A stretch of DNA of 64,000 bases from Macrostomum hystrix (taxonomy: Eukaryota; Animalia; Platyhelminthes). Location: NCBI GenBank assembly GCA_950097015.1, contig CATNEN010000003.1, positions 8,432,001 through 8,496,000 on the forward strand. The letters are read 5' to 3'. This document shows, one piece after another, positions 25,895-39,555 of the stretch. The notes beneath the pieces are model-generated. The model had not been told where the DNA came from. It saw only the letters and a list, made by a program, of their open reading frames with translations, and made no database searches. The translations under genes and the position numbers were made by a program. Within the stretch, counting starts at the first letter, position 1, and every line of letters starts with the position of its first letter.

Positions 25895-27245
25895 AAAGAG
25901 ATGAGACAGAGGAAAGATGAGACACGCGGGGTGAGATGAGACGGGAGAGATGAGACACGCGGGGAGAGATGAGACACGCGGGGAGAGATGAGACATGGAA
26001 GAGATAAGACACTGGGAGAGATGAGACGGGAGAGATGAGACACGCGGGGAGAGATGAGACGGGAGAGATGAGACACGCGGGGAGAGATGAGACATGGAAG
26101 AGATAAGACACTGGGAGAGATGAGACGGGAGAGATGAGGCACGCGGGGAGAGATAAGAAACGGGAGAGATGAGACAGGGGAGAGATGAGACAGGGGAGAG
26201 ATGAGACACGTGATAGATGAGACACGGGAGAGATAATACACTGGGAGAGATGAGACGGGAGAGATGAGACACGCGGGGAGAGATAAGACACGTGAGAGAT
26301 GAGACACGTGAGAGATAAGACACGGGAGAGATGAGACAGGGGAGAGATGAGACAGGGGAGAGATGAGACACGTGAGAGATGAGACACGGGAGAGATAATA
26401 CACTGGGAGAGATGAGACGGGAGAGATGAGACACGCGGGGAGAGATAAGACACGTGAGAGATGAGACATGGGAGAGATGAGACAGGGGAGAGATGAGACA
26501 GGGGAGAGATGAGACAGGGGAGAGATGAGACAGGGGAGAGATGAGACAGGGGAGAGATGAGACAGGGGAGAGATGAGACAGGGGAGAGATGAGACACGAG
26601 AGAGATCAGACACTGGAGAGATGAGACGGGAGAGATGAGGCACGCGGGGAGAGATAAGACACGGGAGAGATGAGACAGGGGAGAGATGAGACACGGGAGA
26701 GATGAGACACGGGAGAGATGAGACACGGGAGAGATGAGACACGGGAGAGATGAGACACGGGAGAGATAATACACTGGGAGAGATGAGACGGGAGAGATGA
26801 GACACGCGGGGAGAGATAAGACACGTGAGAGATGAGACATGGGAGAGATGAGACAGGGGAGAGATGAGACAGGGGAGAGATGAGACAGGGGAGAGATGAG
26901 ACAGGGGAGAGATGAGACAGGGGAGAGATGAGACAGGGGAGAGATGAGACAGGGGAGAGATGAGACAGGGGAGAGATGAGACACGAGAGAGATCAGACAC
27001 TGGAGAGATGAGACGGGAGAGATGAGGCACGCGGGGAGAGATAAGACACGGGAGAGATGAGACAGGGGAGAGATGAGACACGGGAGAGATGAGACACGGG
27101 AGAGATGAGACACGGGAGAGATGAGACACGGGAGAGATGAGACACGGGAGAGATGAGACACGGGAGAGATGAGACACGGGAGAGATGAAACACGTGGGGA
27201 GAGATAAGACACGCGGGAAGATAAGACACGCGGGAAGATAAGACA
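25895..27245 (+). repeat. Purine-rich 16-bp-based minisatellite with higher-order block duplications
   Basis: Core gggagagatgagacac with 14-18-bp variants; ~360-bp block repeated. Confidence 0.95.
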
Positions 27246-27693
27246 ATTGGTAGAGGATTTTGATGCGATCGAGGGCCGCATCTGGCAGGTTACGAAGCGG
27301 GCTAAAGGCTTCCATGTGGAACACTTAATGGCGTTCCTCTGCATGGTGAAAAACACACACGAGGTAACATAATCCATCGAATTTAGAAATAGAGTTAATC
27401 GAAGTGCAAAAAGTCTTTATAAATCGAAATCCGATGAGCCATGTGGAGAAGATCAAAGGAGATAAGTGTCGCGTGCCAAACTAAAGAGATAAAAAATAGA
27501 AGACTGCATTATCCCATGCCATTGCGACTTATGAGCACAAATCAGTCTAATTGGCCATTAGCCGCGGAGCCAATCAGTTAGCTTCAGACAATTTTGTTTC
27601 CTATATGTCAAATGAGACCCTTCTCGAGAAAGGCTAAGCTAAACACACCCCGTACGATAGCAGCAGCAGCAGCAGCAGCAGCAGCATCCGAGA

Positions 27694-28980
27694 ATGACAG
27701 CAGCCGCCGCGACTGCAGTTGTCAGCAGCTTCGGGTTCGGTCGCGGTTTTCACCAGGTGATGCTCTGCCTGCTGGGAACCACCTGTCTGGCTTCCATTGC
27801 GGGCAACTGCCTGCTGATTCAGGCCATCTGGGCCACCCGAAGGCAGCGTCGCAGTCAGATTGCACCGCTGCTAATTAACCTGTGCGTCTGCGACCTGGCC
27901 ATTGGCGCACTAGTGGTTCCAGTCACGGGCTACGCATTCGTTCGCATCCGTTGGCAGCTAGGCGAGCCATTCTGCGTCGTCGCCTACTACGCCAGCCTGT
28001 CGCTAATGTTCGCCTCCGTCTTCACCCTGACGGCAATTAGTGTGCGGAGATGCCGCGGCATGATGCGGCTGATTAGAGCCACAGCCAATGCTCTGTCGGC
28101 GTCGGATGCTTCGGACGGCACGAGTGTCCGGAGCGGCTTTGGCGCCAGATTCAGTGTAGGCAGCCTGGCGATCATCTGGGGCCTCGCCTGCCTGCTCGCC
28201 CTGCCAAACGCAGTCAATTATCACCTGTCGCCGTGCGACGGCGAGGTCGAAGTCAATCAGACGGTCGGCTACTGCTGCGAGGACAGCTGGAGGCGCAGCC
28301 TGGAACTCCTGGGCCTGGAGAGCGGCGACACGGAGCCGCAGCCGGAGGCTGAAGTGGCAGCTAGGGCCGCCTACTCGAGCTTCATCGTGTTGGCTATCCT
28401 GCTGACACCGCTGAGCATCATCGCCACAGCCCACCGCCGCATCTGCCTTCTGGTAGCCAGCGTCGGTCGCAGCCTCTGCGCATTCGACAGCTCGGCCAGA
28501 GCACTCGGCGACGGACGTCAACGAGTTGAGCGCGAGAGAATCGCCAGGTCACGGAGGATTTTCCGTCTGTCAGCCATGCTAGTCGGCCTATTCGCCATTT
28601 GCTGGGGCCCAATTCACCTGTGGAACCTGGGAGCGGATGCCTGGCTAGTGCAGGCCTCGCTGACTATTGGCAACAGCACTAGCCAGCAGCAGCAGCAGCA
28701 GCAGCTGTGGTACCTCACCTTCGCAAAGGACACCTATCTGGTGTTCATGTGGCTTGCTATGTCCAACTCGGCTGTGAATCCTGCGTTTCTCTTCGTCACC
28801 GACTCGACCTACCGGGCCTGGCTGCTCGGCCTGTTTCGCAACCATGGCAACAATAATATTGGTAACCATGGCAACAGAGACAGTCGGGTAAATAGAAGAG
28901 TCAGATTGCCGAGCAGTGCAGCTTTAAATGGCACCGAGGTCGAGCTGCAGTTGGTCCCACTTCGGTCGGAAATTCACTGA
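27694..28980 (+). CDS. Intronless class A (rhodopsin-like) GPCR, peptide-receptor-like
   Basis: Seven hydrophobic segments; GN (TM1), NLCVCDL (TM2), WQLGEPFC, IWGLACLLALP, FAICWGP, AMSNSAVNP. Confidence 0.92.
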   Translation: MTAAAATAVVSSFGFGRGFHQVMLCLLGTTCLASIAGNCLLIQAIWATRRQRRSQIAPLLINLCVCDLAIGALVVPVTGYAFVRIRWQLGEPFCVVAYYASLSLMFASVFTLTAISVRRCRGMMRLIRATANALSASDASDGTSVRSGFGARFSVGSLAIIWGLACLLALPNAVNYHLSPCDGEVEVNQTVGYCCEDSWRRSLELLGLESGDTEPQPEAEVAARAAYSSFIVLAILLTPLSIIATAHRRICLLVASVGRSLCAFDSSARALGDGRQRVERERIARSRRIFRLSAMLVGLFAICWGPIHLWNLGADAWLVQASLTIGNSTSQQQQQQQLWYLTFAKDTYLVFMWLAMSNSAVNPAFLFVTDSTYRAWLLGLFRNHGNNNIGNHGNRDSRVNRRVRLPSSAALNGTEVELQLVPLRSEIH

Positions 28981-29004
28981 GTTATAAATTAAAATAATTT
29001 TTAA

Positions 29005-29326
29005 GGCTTGTAGCTAGCCTAGTGGATATGGCGTCGGACTCACGACTTAAAGGTCGGGGGTTCGTTTCTCGACTCCACTTGAACAATTTCTGTCCTTTAC
29101 TAGCTAGCAAGACAATTAACTCTGCATTGCTTCAGTTCACCTAGCGGTTAAATGGGTACCAGCATAGTCTGGGGTAATTGAGGGTGGGTGTGGCGTCCCC
29201 CCAGTCCATGGACTGAACAGCCGTACGCAGCCTTCAGATGCGCCGCGCAATAGCTGCGCCTGTGCTGTCGGCTGCACATCTGGCCCTATAGGGGCAGGTG
29301 TGATCAATTATTAATTAGTATTATTA
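29005..29326 (+). mobile_element. tRNA-derived SINE, family B
   Basis: Head tagcctagtgg...ggttcg, central cattgcttcagttcacctagcggttaaatgggtacc (resembles the Deu/Nin SINE core), AT-rich tail; related pieces at 53130-53330 and 56935-57086. Confidence 0.8.
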
Positions 29327-29799
29327 AGGCGCAACAGCCAAACAATATTTCTAAAAACTGGGCCATCTGCTATACACTTTAATTGTCAAATAAAGCCCAA
29401 TTTAAAAAGTAAACAAAAAATCCGGAAAAGCGTCATTTAAATCACGTAAAATATGCGAAAATCAGTACAAAATATTGACCTAACGGCGTTAATTTTTTTG
29501 TTTCAGACTGCACTTTTTATTTTGCGAATTTCGACAATGTACTTTGTTAAGGCTTCCATGATTTTTTCTGTCGCCTAGTGCCATTAAGAATCACAATTTA
29601 ATTTGTAAGACTTCAAGCCTGAAGCATCAATTAGTAATAGTCAAAAGATTTTCAAAGAAAATTGTAGGAAAATTAATAATTACGTTTATAATTTCACCTG
29701 CTCCCTATCTCAACTGTTCCTTATCTCACCTATTTTATCTAATAAATGTTTCCTCTTTTAATTATATACACATATAAAGTTGATATAGACATATTTTTT

Positions 29800-30031
29800 A
29801 ATGCAGGAGGGCTGCGGGCAATTCTGCCCATTTCGCTGACTCCTGAGCACACACACACAGATACCGTACGCAGGCACACGCTCACACAGGTGTGTACATC
29901 TGCCATGACTTTCTCATCGTCAGGCTGTGTACACTCTGACTGTGCCTTGGAGGTTGGCACTCAAGGGCGTAAATTGCACGACAAGCCCCCAAGCCTTCTC
30001 TCCGCGGCTGCGCCTAAAATGAATGTGGCCA
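29800..30031 (-). mobile_element. SINE family A, 5'-truncated copy
   Basis: Reverse complement matches the body and 3' end of 55357-55710. Confidence 0.8.
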
Positions 30032-30449
30032 ATGTGTTATATTGTGGACAAAGTGACATTTTTGCTGAATTAAAAATCCAAGATTCTGTCTGCAGAATGT
30101 TTTTCTGTCTGCACAATTCTTACCTTTCTATCTTTAACACTATTCGCTGATTTTGTTATCACAGCCTATAACCAAATTGAGGTCCATACGGTCAAAAGAA
30201 AAAATGTTCATTCATTAGATCATTCTGTCGACTGATCATAAATTTCGGTCGGCTAAAATAGACTTTCCGTTTCCATTTGCATAACACATTTTGTGAATTC
30301 CCTCTGGGATATAAAAAACTAATTGTTAAAGCCATTTTCACTGGTAATTGATAGAGAATTACTTCAGGGAAACTTAACAATGCTGTTTACAATAGTCCAT
30401 TATATAATTTTCAGATAGTAAATCAGATTCGACAAACAATCTCTCCTAT

Positions 30450-33400
30450 ATGATCAGTAGCCAATGAAAATCTATTTGAATGCTGTCTTATCTAGATCAG
30501 TAGCCAATGAAAATCTATTTGAATGCTGTATTATCTAGATTAGTAGACAATCAAAATCTATTTGAATGCTGTATTATCTAGATTAGTAGACAATCAAAAT
30601 CTATTTGAATGCTGTCCTATCTAGATCAGTAGCCAATCAAAATCTATTTGAATGCTGTATTATCTAGATCAGTAGCCAATCAAAATCTATTTGAATGTTG
30701 TATTATCTAGATTAGTAGACAATCAAAATCTATTTGAATGCTGTATTATCTAGATTAGTAGACAATCAAAATCTATTTGAATGCTGTCCTATCTAGATCA
30801 GTAGCCAATCAGAATCTATTTGAATGCTGTCTTATCTAGATCAGTAGACAATCAAAATCTATTTGAATGCTGTCCTATCTAGATCAGTAGCCAATCAAAA
30901 TCTATTTGAATGCTGTATTATCTAGATTAGTAGACAATCAAAATCTATTTGAATGCTGTCCTATCTAGATCAGTAGCCAATCAAAATCTATTTGAATGCT
31001 GTATTATCTAGATTAGTAGACAATCAAAATCTATTTGAATGCTGTCCTATCTAGATCAGTAGCCAATCAGAATCTATTTGAATGCTGTCTTATCTAGATC
31101 AGTAGACAATCAAAATCTATTTGAATGCTGTCTTATCTAGATCAGTAGCCAATTAGAATCTATTTGAATGCTGTCTTATCTAGATCAGTAGCCAATTAGA
31201 ATCTATTTGAATGCTGTCTTATCTAGATCAGTAGCCAATTAGAATCTATTTGAATGCTGTCTTATCTAGATCAGTAGCCAATTAGAATCTATTTGAATGC
31301 TGTCTTATCTAGATTAGTAGACAATCAAAATCTATTTGAATGCTGTCCTATCTAGATCAGTAGCCAATCAGAATCTATTTGAATGCTGTCTTATCTAGAT
31401 CAGTAGCCAATTAGAATCTATTTGAATGCTGTCTTATCTAGATCAGTAGCCAATCAGAATCTATTTGAATGCTGTATTATCTAGATTAGTAGACAATCAA
31501 AATCTATTTGAATGCTGTCCTATCTAGATCAGTAGCCAATCAGAATCTATTTGAATGCTGTCCTATCTAGATTAGTAGACAATCAAAATCTATTTGAATG
31601 CTGTCCTATCTAGATCAGTAGCCAATCAGAATCTATTTGAATGCTGTCTTATCTAGATCAGTAGACAATCAAAATCTATTTGAATGCTGTCTTATCTAGA
31701 TCAGTAGCCAATTAGAATCTATTTGAATGCTGTCTTATCTAGATCAGTAGCCAATTAGAATCTATTTGAATGCTGTCTTATCTAGATCAGTAGCCAATCA
31801 GAATCTATTTGAATGCTGTCTTATCTAGATCAGTAGACAATCAAAATCTATTTGAATGCTGTCTTATCTAGATCAGTAGCCAATCAGAATCTATTTGAAT
31901 GCTGTCTTATCTAGATCAGTAGCCAATCAGAATCTATTTGAATGCTGTCTTATCTAGATTAGTAGACAATCAAAATCTATTTGAATGCTGTCCTATCTAG
32001 ATCAGTAGCCAATCAGAATCTATTTGAATGCTGTCTTATCTAGATCAGTAGCCAATTAGAATCTATTTGAATGCTGTCTTATCTAGATCAGTAGCCAATC
32101 AGAATCTATTTGAATTCAGTCCTATCTAGATCAGTAGCCAATCAGAATCTATTTGAATGCTGTCTTGTCTAGATAGTAGCCAATCAGAATATTTTTGAAT
32201 GCTGTCTTATCTAGATCAGTAGCCAATCAAAATCTATTTGAATGCTGTCTTATCTAGATCAGTAGACAATCAAAATCTATTTGAATGCTGTCTTATCTAG
32301 ATCAGTAGCCAATCAGAATCTATTTGAATGCTGTCTTATCTAGATCAGTAGCCAATCAGAATCTATTTGAATGCTGTCTTATCTAGATTAGTAGACAATC
32401 AAAATCTATTTGAATGCTGTCCTATCTAGATCAGTAGCCAATCAGAATCTATTTGAATGCTGTCTTATCTAGATCAGTAGCCAATCAGAATCTATTTGAA
32501 TGCTGTCTTATCTAGATCAGTAGCCAATCAGAATCTATTTGAATGCAGTCCTATCTAGATCAGTAGCCAATCAGAATCTATTTGAATGCTGTCTTGTCTA
32601 GATAGTAGCCAATCAGAATCTTTTTGAATGCTGTCTTATCTAGATCAGTAGCCAATCAAAATCTATTTGAATGCTGTCTTATCTAGATCAGTAGCCAATT
32701 AGAATCTATTTGAATGCTGTCTTATCTAGATTAGTAGACAATCAAAATCTATTTGAATGCTGTCCTATCTAGATCAGTAGCCAATCAGAATCTATTTGAA
32801 TGCTGTCTTATCTAGATCAGTAGACAATCAGAATCTATTTGAATGCTGTCTTATCTAGATCAGTAGACAATCAAAATCTATTTGAATGCTGTCTTATCTA
32901 GATCAGTAGCCAATCAAAATCTATTTGAATGCTGTCTTATCTAGATCAGTAGACAATCAAAATCTATTTGAATGCTGTCTTATCTAGATCAGTAGCCAAT
33001 CAGAATCTATTTGAATGCTGTCTTATCTAGATCAGTAGCCAATCAGAATCTATTTGAATGCTGTCTTATCTAGATTAGTAGACAATCAAAATCTATTTGA
33101 ATGCTGTCCTATCTAGATCAGTAGCCAATCAGAATCTATTTGAATGCTGTCTTATCTAGATCAGTAGCCAATCAGAATCTATTTGAATGCTGTCTTATCT
33201 AGATCAGTAGCCAATCAGAATCTATTTGAATGCAGTCCTATCTAGATCAGTAGCCAATCAGAATCTATTTGAATGCTGTCTTGTCTAGATAGTAGCCAAT
33301 CAGAATCTTTTTGAATGCTGTCTTATCTAGATCAGTAGCCAATCAAAATCTATTTGAATGCTGTCTTATCTAGATCAGTAGCCAATTAGAATCTATTTGA

Positions 33401-33778
33401 ATGCTGTCTTATCTAGATTAGTAGACAATCAAAATCTATTTGAATGCTGTCCTATCTAGATCAGTAGCCAATCAGAATCTATTTGAATGCTGTCTTATCT
33501 AGATCAGTAGACAATCAAAATCTATTTGAATGCTGTCTTATCTAGATCAGTAGCCAATCAGAATCTATTTGAATGCTGTCTTATCTAGATTAGTAGACAA
33601 TCAAAATCTATTTGAATGCTGTCCTATCTAGATCAGTAGCCAATCAGAATCTATTTGAATTCAGTCCTATCTAGATCAGTAGCCAATCAGAATTTATTTG
33701 AATTCAGTCCTATCTAGATCAGTAGCCAATCAGAATCTATTTGAATTCAGTCCTATCTAGATCAGTAGCCAATCAGAA
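30450..33778 (+). repeat. 43-bp satellite (~77 copies)
   Basis: Unit tctagatcagtagccaatcagaatctatttgaatgctgtctta. Confidence 0.97.
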
Positions 33779-34379
33779 TAGACAGATATTAATAAAAAAA
33801 GCATTAAAATAAAAACGGCACGAGAAAGCTTGCTATTATCTGCGTGATCATGGTCGAATGAGCTCTTGAACTAGAAATGAATGTGTATTTATCCAATTTA
33901 AATCATTGCATAAAATGAATTGGTTCAATGCAAAATAGACAGTAAGTATAAAATTGCAAATTAAAAAAAAGATTTCGCTACACCGGTTAGCTAACAGCAT
34001 AATGGCAAATAAAAGCTTCTCTTACTTAACCATTGACTTTTTAAAAAAATAATAATTAAAACTAAATCAATGAAACAATAATAAGTAATGATAATTCAAT
34101 GACAATTGAAACATAAACTTGTACTAACTAACACAAATCAAATAATTAATGAATCAAGAATCTACGGATAGCTCATAAGCTTCACAATCAGCGGTAAAAG
34201 AAAAGAAATCGGAAAAAATTAGACGTACCTCAATTAGTAACAGAAAATTAACAGGATTTTCCTAACTGTCTTTTCGCTTTAAAAGGTTATTAGGTTAGGG
34301 CATTAGACACATTGTCAAAAGTTAATTACTATCTAACTAATAGGTGATTAGCATCTAACGGACAGGTTAACTGTACTGT

Positions 34380-37300
34380 ACATTTACCTGTACCATGTGA
34401 TTCATACCTGTCTAACTGGTGATTTATACCTGTCTAACTGGTGATTTATACCTGTCTAACTGGTGATTTATACCTGTCTAACTTGTGATTTATACCTGTC
34501 TAACTTGTGATTTATACCTGTCTAATTTGTGATTTATACCTGTCTAACTGGTGATTTATACCTGTCTAACTTGTGATTTATACCTGTCTAACTAATGATT
34601 TATACCTGTCTAACTGGTGATTTATACCTGTCTAACTGGTGATTTATACCTGTCTAATTTGTGATTTATACCTGTCTAACTGGTGATTTATACCTGTCTA
34701 ACTGGTGATTTATACCTGTCTAACTAATGATTTATACCTGTCTAACTGGTGATTTATACCTGTCTAACTTGTGATTAATACCTGTCTAACTGGTGATTTA
34801 TACCTGTCTAACTGGTGATTTATACCTGTCTAACTGGTAATTTATACCTGTCTAACTTGTGATTTATACCTGTCTAACTAATGATTTATACCTGTCTAAC
34901 TGATGATTTATACCTGTCTAACTGGTGATTTATACCTGTCTAACTGGTGATTTATACCTGTCTAACTGGTGATTTATACCTGTCTAACTGGTGATTTATA
35001 CCTGTCTAACTGGTGATTTATACCTGTCTAACTGGTGATTTATACCTGTCTAACTGGTGATTTATACCTGTCTAACTGGTGATTTATACCTGTCTAACTG
35101 GTGATTCATACCTGTCTAACTGGTGATTTATACCTGTCTAACTGGTGATTTATACCTGTCTAACTTGTGACTTATACCTGTCTAATTTGTGATTTATACC
35201 TGTCTAATTTGTGATTTATACCTGTCTAACTGGTGATTTATACCTGTCTAACTTGTGATTTATACCTGTCTAATTTGTGATTTATACCTGTCTAACTGGT
35301 GATTTATACCTGTCTAACTTGTGATTTATACCTGTCTAAGTAATGATTTATACCTGTCTAACTGATGATTTATACCTGTCTAACTGGTGATTTATACCTG
35401 TCTAACTGGTGATTTATACCTGTCTAACTGGTGATTTATACCTGTCTAACTGGTGATTTATACCTGTCTAACTGGTGATTTATACCTGTCTAACTGGTGA
35501 TTTATACCTGTCTAACTGGTGATTTATACCTGTCTAACTTGTGATTTATACCTGTCTAATTTGTGATTTATACCTGTCTAACTGATGATTTATACCTGTC
35601 TAACTGGTGATTTATACCTGTCTAACTGGTGATTTATACCTGTCTAACTGGTGATTTATACCTGTCTAACTGGTGATTTATACCTGTCTAACTGGTGATT
35701 TATACCTGTCTAACTGGTGATTTATACCTGTCTAACTGGTGATTTATACCTGTCTAACTTGTGATTTATACCTGTCTAATTTGTGATTTATACCTGTCTA
35801 ATTTGTGATTTATACCTGTCTAACTGGTGATTTATACCTGTCTAACTGGTGATTTATACCTGTCTAACTGGTGATTTATACCTGTCTAACTGGTGATTTA
35901 TACCTGTCTAACTGGTGATTCATACCTGTCTAACTTGTGATTTATACCTGTCTAACTGGTGATTTATACCTGTCTAACTTGTGATTTATACCTGTCTAAC
36001 TTGTGATTTATACCTGTCTAACTGGTGATTTATACCTGTCTAACTGGTGATTTATACCTGTCTAACTGGTGATTTATACTTGTCTAACTGGTGATTTATA
36101 CCTGTCTAACTGGTGATTTATACCTGTCTAACTTGTGATTTATACCTGTCTAATTTGTGATTTATACCCGTCTAACTGGTGATTTATACCTGTCTAACTT
36201 GTGATTTATACCTGTCTAACTAATGATTTATACCTGTCTAACTGGTGATTTATACCTGTCTAACTGGTGATTTATACCTGTCTAATTTGTGATTTATACC
36301 TGTCTAACTGGTGATTTATACCTGTCTAACTTGTGATTTATACCTGTCTAACTAATGATTTATACTTGTCTAACTGGTGATTTATACCTGTCTAACTTGT
36401 GATTTATACCTGTCTAACTGGTGATTTATACCTGTCTAATTTGTGATTTATACCTGTCTAATTTGTGATTTATACCTGTCTAACTGGTGATTTATACCTG
36501 TCTAACTGGTGATTTATACCTGTCTAACTGGTGATTTATGCCTGTCTAACTGGTGATTTATACCTGTCTAACTGGTGATTTATACCTGTCTAACTGGTGA
36601 TTCATACCTGTCTAACTGGTGATTCATACCTGTCTAACTGGTGATTTATACCTGTCTAACTGGTGATTCATACCTGTCTAACTTGTGATTTATACCTGTC
36701 TAACTGGTGATTTATACCTGTCTAACTTGTGATTTATACCTGTCTAACTGGTGATTTATACCTGTCTAACTGGTGATTCATACCTGTCTAACTTGTGATT
36801 TATACCTGTCTAAATGGTGATTTATACCTGTCTAACTGGTGATTTATACCTGTCTAACTTGTGATTTATACCTGTCTAACTGGTGATTTATACCTGTCTA
36901 ACTGGTGATTTATACTTGTCTAACTTGTGATTTATACCTGTCTAACTGGTGATTTATACTTGTCTAACTGGAGATTTATACCTGTCTAACTGGTGATTTA
37001 TTCCTGTCTAACTGATGATTTATACCTGTCTAACTGGTGATTTATACCTGTCTAACTGGTGATTTATACCTGTCTAACTGGTGATTTATACCTGTCTAAC
37101 TGGTGATTTATACTTGTCTAACTGGTGATTTATACCTGTCTAACTGGTGATTTATACCTGTCTAACTAATGATTTATACTTGTCTAACTGGTGATTTATA
37201 CCTGTCTAACTGGTGATTTATACCTGTCTAACTGGTGATTTATACTTGTCTAACTGGTGATTTATACTTGTCTAACTTGTGATTTATACCTGTCTAACTG

Positions 37301-39420
37301 GTGATTTATACCTGTCTAACTGGTGATTTATACCTGTCTAACTGGTGATTTATACCTGTCTAACTAATGATTTATAATTGTCTAACTGGTGATTTATACC
37401 TGTCTAACTGGTGATTTATACCTGTCTAACTAATGATTTATACCTGTCTAACTAATGATTTATACCTGTCTAACTGGTGATTTATACCTGTCTAACACGT
37501 GATTTATACCTGTCTAACTGGTGATTTATTCCTGTCTAACTGGTGATTTATACCTGTCTAAATTGTGATTTATACCTGTCTAACTAATGATTTATACCTG
37601 TCTAACTTGTGGTTTATACCTGTCTAACTGGTGATTTATACCTGTCTAACACGTGATTTATACCTATCTAACTTGTGACTTATACCTGTCTAACTGGTGA
37701 TTTATTCTGGTCTAACTGGTGATTTATACCTGTCTAACTTGTGATTTATACCTGTCTAACTTGTGATTTATACCTGTCTAACTGGTGATTTATACCTGTC
37801 TAACTTGTGATTTATACCTGTCTAATTTGTGATTTATACCTGTCTAAATTGTGATTTATACCTGTCTAACTAATGATTTATACCTGTCTAACTTGTGATT
37901 TATACCTGTCTAACTGGTGATTTATACCTGTCTAACTTGTGATTTATACCTGTCTAACTTGTGATTTATACCTGTCTAACTTGTGATTTATACCTGTCTA
38001 ACTGGTGATTTATACCTGTCTAACACGTGATTTATACCTATCTAACTTGTGACTTATACCTGTCTAACTGGTGATTTATTCTGGTCTAACTGGTGATTTA
38101 TACCTGTCTAACTTGTGATTTATACCTGTCTAACACGTGATTTATACCTATCTAACTTGTGACTTATACCTGTCTAACTGGTGATTTATACCTGTCTAAC
38201 TTGTGATTTATACCTGTCTAACTTGTGATTTATACCTGTCTAACTTGTGATTTATACCTGTCTAACTGGTGATTTATACCTGTCTAACACGTGATTTATA
38301 CCTATCTAACTTGTGACTTATACCTGTCTAACTGGTGATTTATTCTGGTCTAACTGGTGATTTATACCTGTCTAACTTGTGATTTATACCTGTCTAACAC
38401 GTGAATTATACCTATCTAACTTGTGACTTATACCTGTCTAACTGGTGATTTATTCTGGTCTAATTTGTGATTTATACCTGTCTAACTTGTGATTTATACC
38501 TGTCTAACTTGTGATTTATACCTGTCTAACTGGTGATTTATACCTGTCTAACACGTGATTTATACCTATCTAACTTGTGACTTATACCTGTCTAACTGGT
38601 GATTTATTCTGGTCTAACTGGTGATTTATACCTGTCTAACTTGTGATTTATACCTGTCTAACTTGTGATTTATACCTGTCTAACTGGTGATTTATACCTG
38701 TCTAACTTGTGATTTATACCTGTCTAATTTGTGATTTATACCTGTCTAAATTGTGATTTATACCTGTCTAACTAATGATTTATACCTGTCTAACTTGTGA
38801 TTTATACCTGTCTAACTGGTGATTTATACCTGTCTAACTTGTGATTTATACCTGTCTAACTTGTGATTTATACCTGTCTAACTTGTGATTTATACCTGTC
38901 TAACTGGTGATTTATACCTGTCTAACACGTGATTTATACCTATCTAACTTGTGACTTATACCTGTCTAACTGGTGATTTATACCTGTCTAACTAATGATT
39001 TATACCTGTCTAACTTGTGATTTATACCTATCTAACTTGTGACTTATACCTGTCTAACTGGTGATTTATTCTGGTCTAACTGGTGATTTATACCTGTCTA
39101 ACTTGTGATTTATACCTGTCTAACTGGTGATTTATACCTGTCTAACTTGTGATTTATACCTGTCTAACTGGTGATTTATACCTGTCTAACTTGTGATTTA
39201 TACCTGTCTAATTTGTGATTTATACCCGTCTAACTGGTGATTTATACCTGTCTAACTGGTGATTTATACTTGTCTAACTTGTGATTTATACCTGTCTAAC
39301 TGGTGATTTATACCTGTCTAACTTGTGATTTATACCTGTCTAATTTGTGATTTATACCTGCCTAACAGGTGATTTATACCTGTCTAACTGGTGATTTATA
39401 CCTGTCTAACAGGTGATTAG
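34380..39420 (+). repeat. 22-bp satellite (~230 copies)
   Basis: Unit tgatttatacctgtctaactgg. Confidence 0.97.
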
Positions 39421-39555
39421 CATATTTGTCTGTCTACATATGCTGCATAACAGTTTAGCAGGCAATTCTTCACTTGTCGAATAGGCTATTTCGCTCATGT
39501 ATATGAGCAATGTAATGAGCAATGTATATTATCCGCAGTCAAAGGCCGCTTCAAT

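Noticed and set aside
25785-27377. 530-aa and 478-aa minus-strand ORFs
   Set aside because: Translations of a stop-poor 16-bp minisatellite, open in several frames at once.
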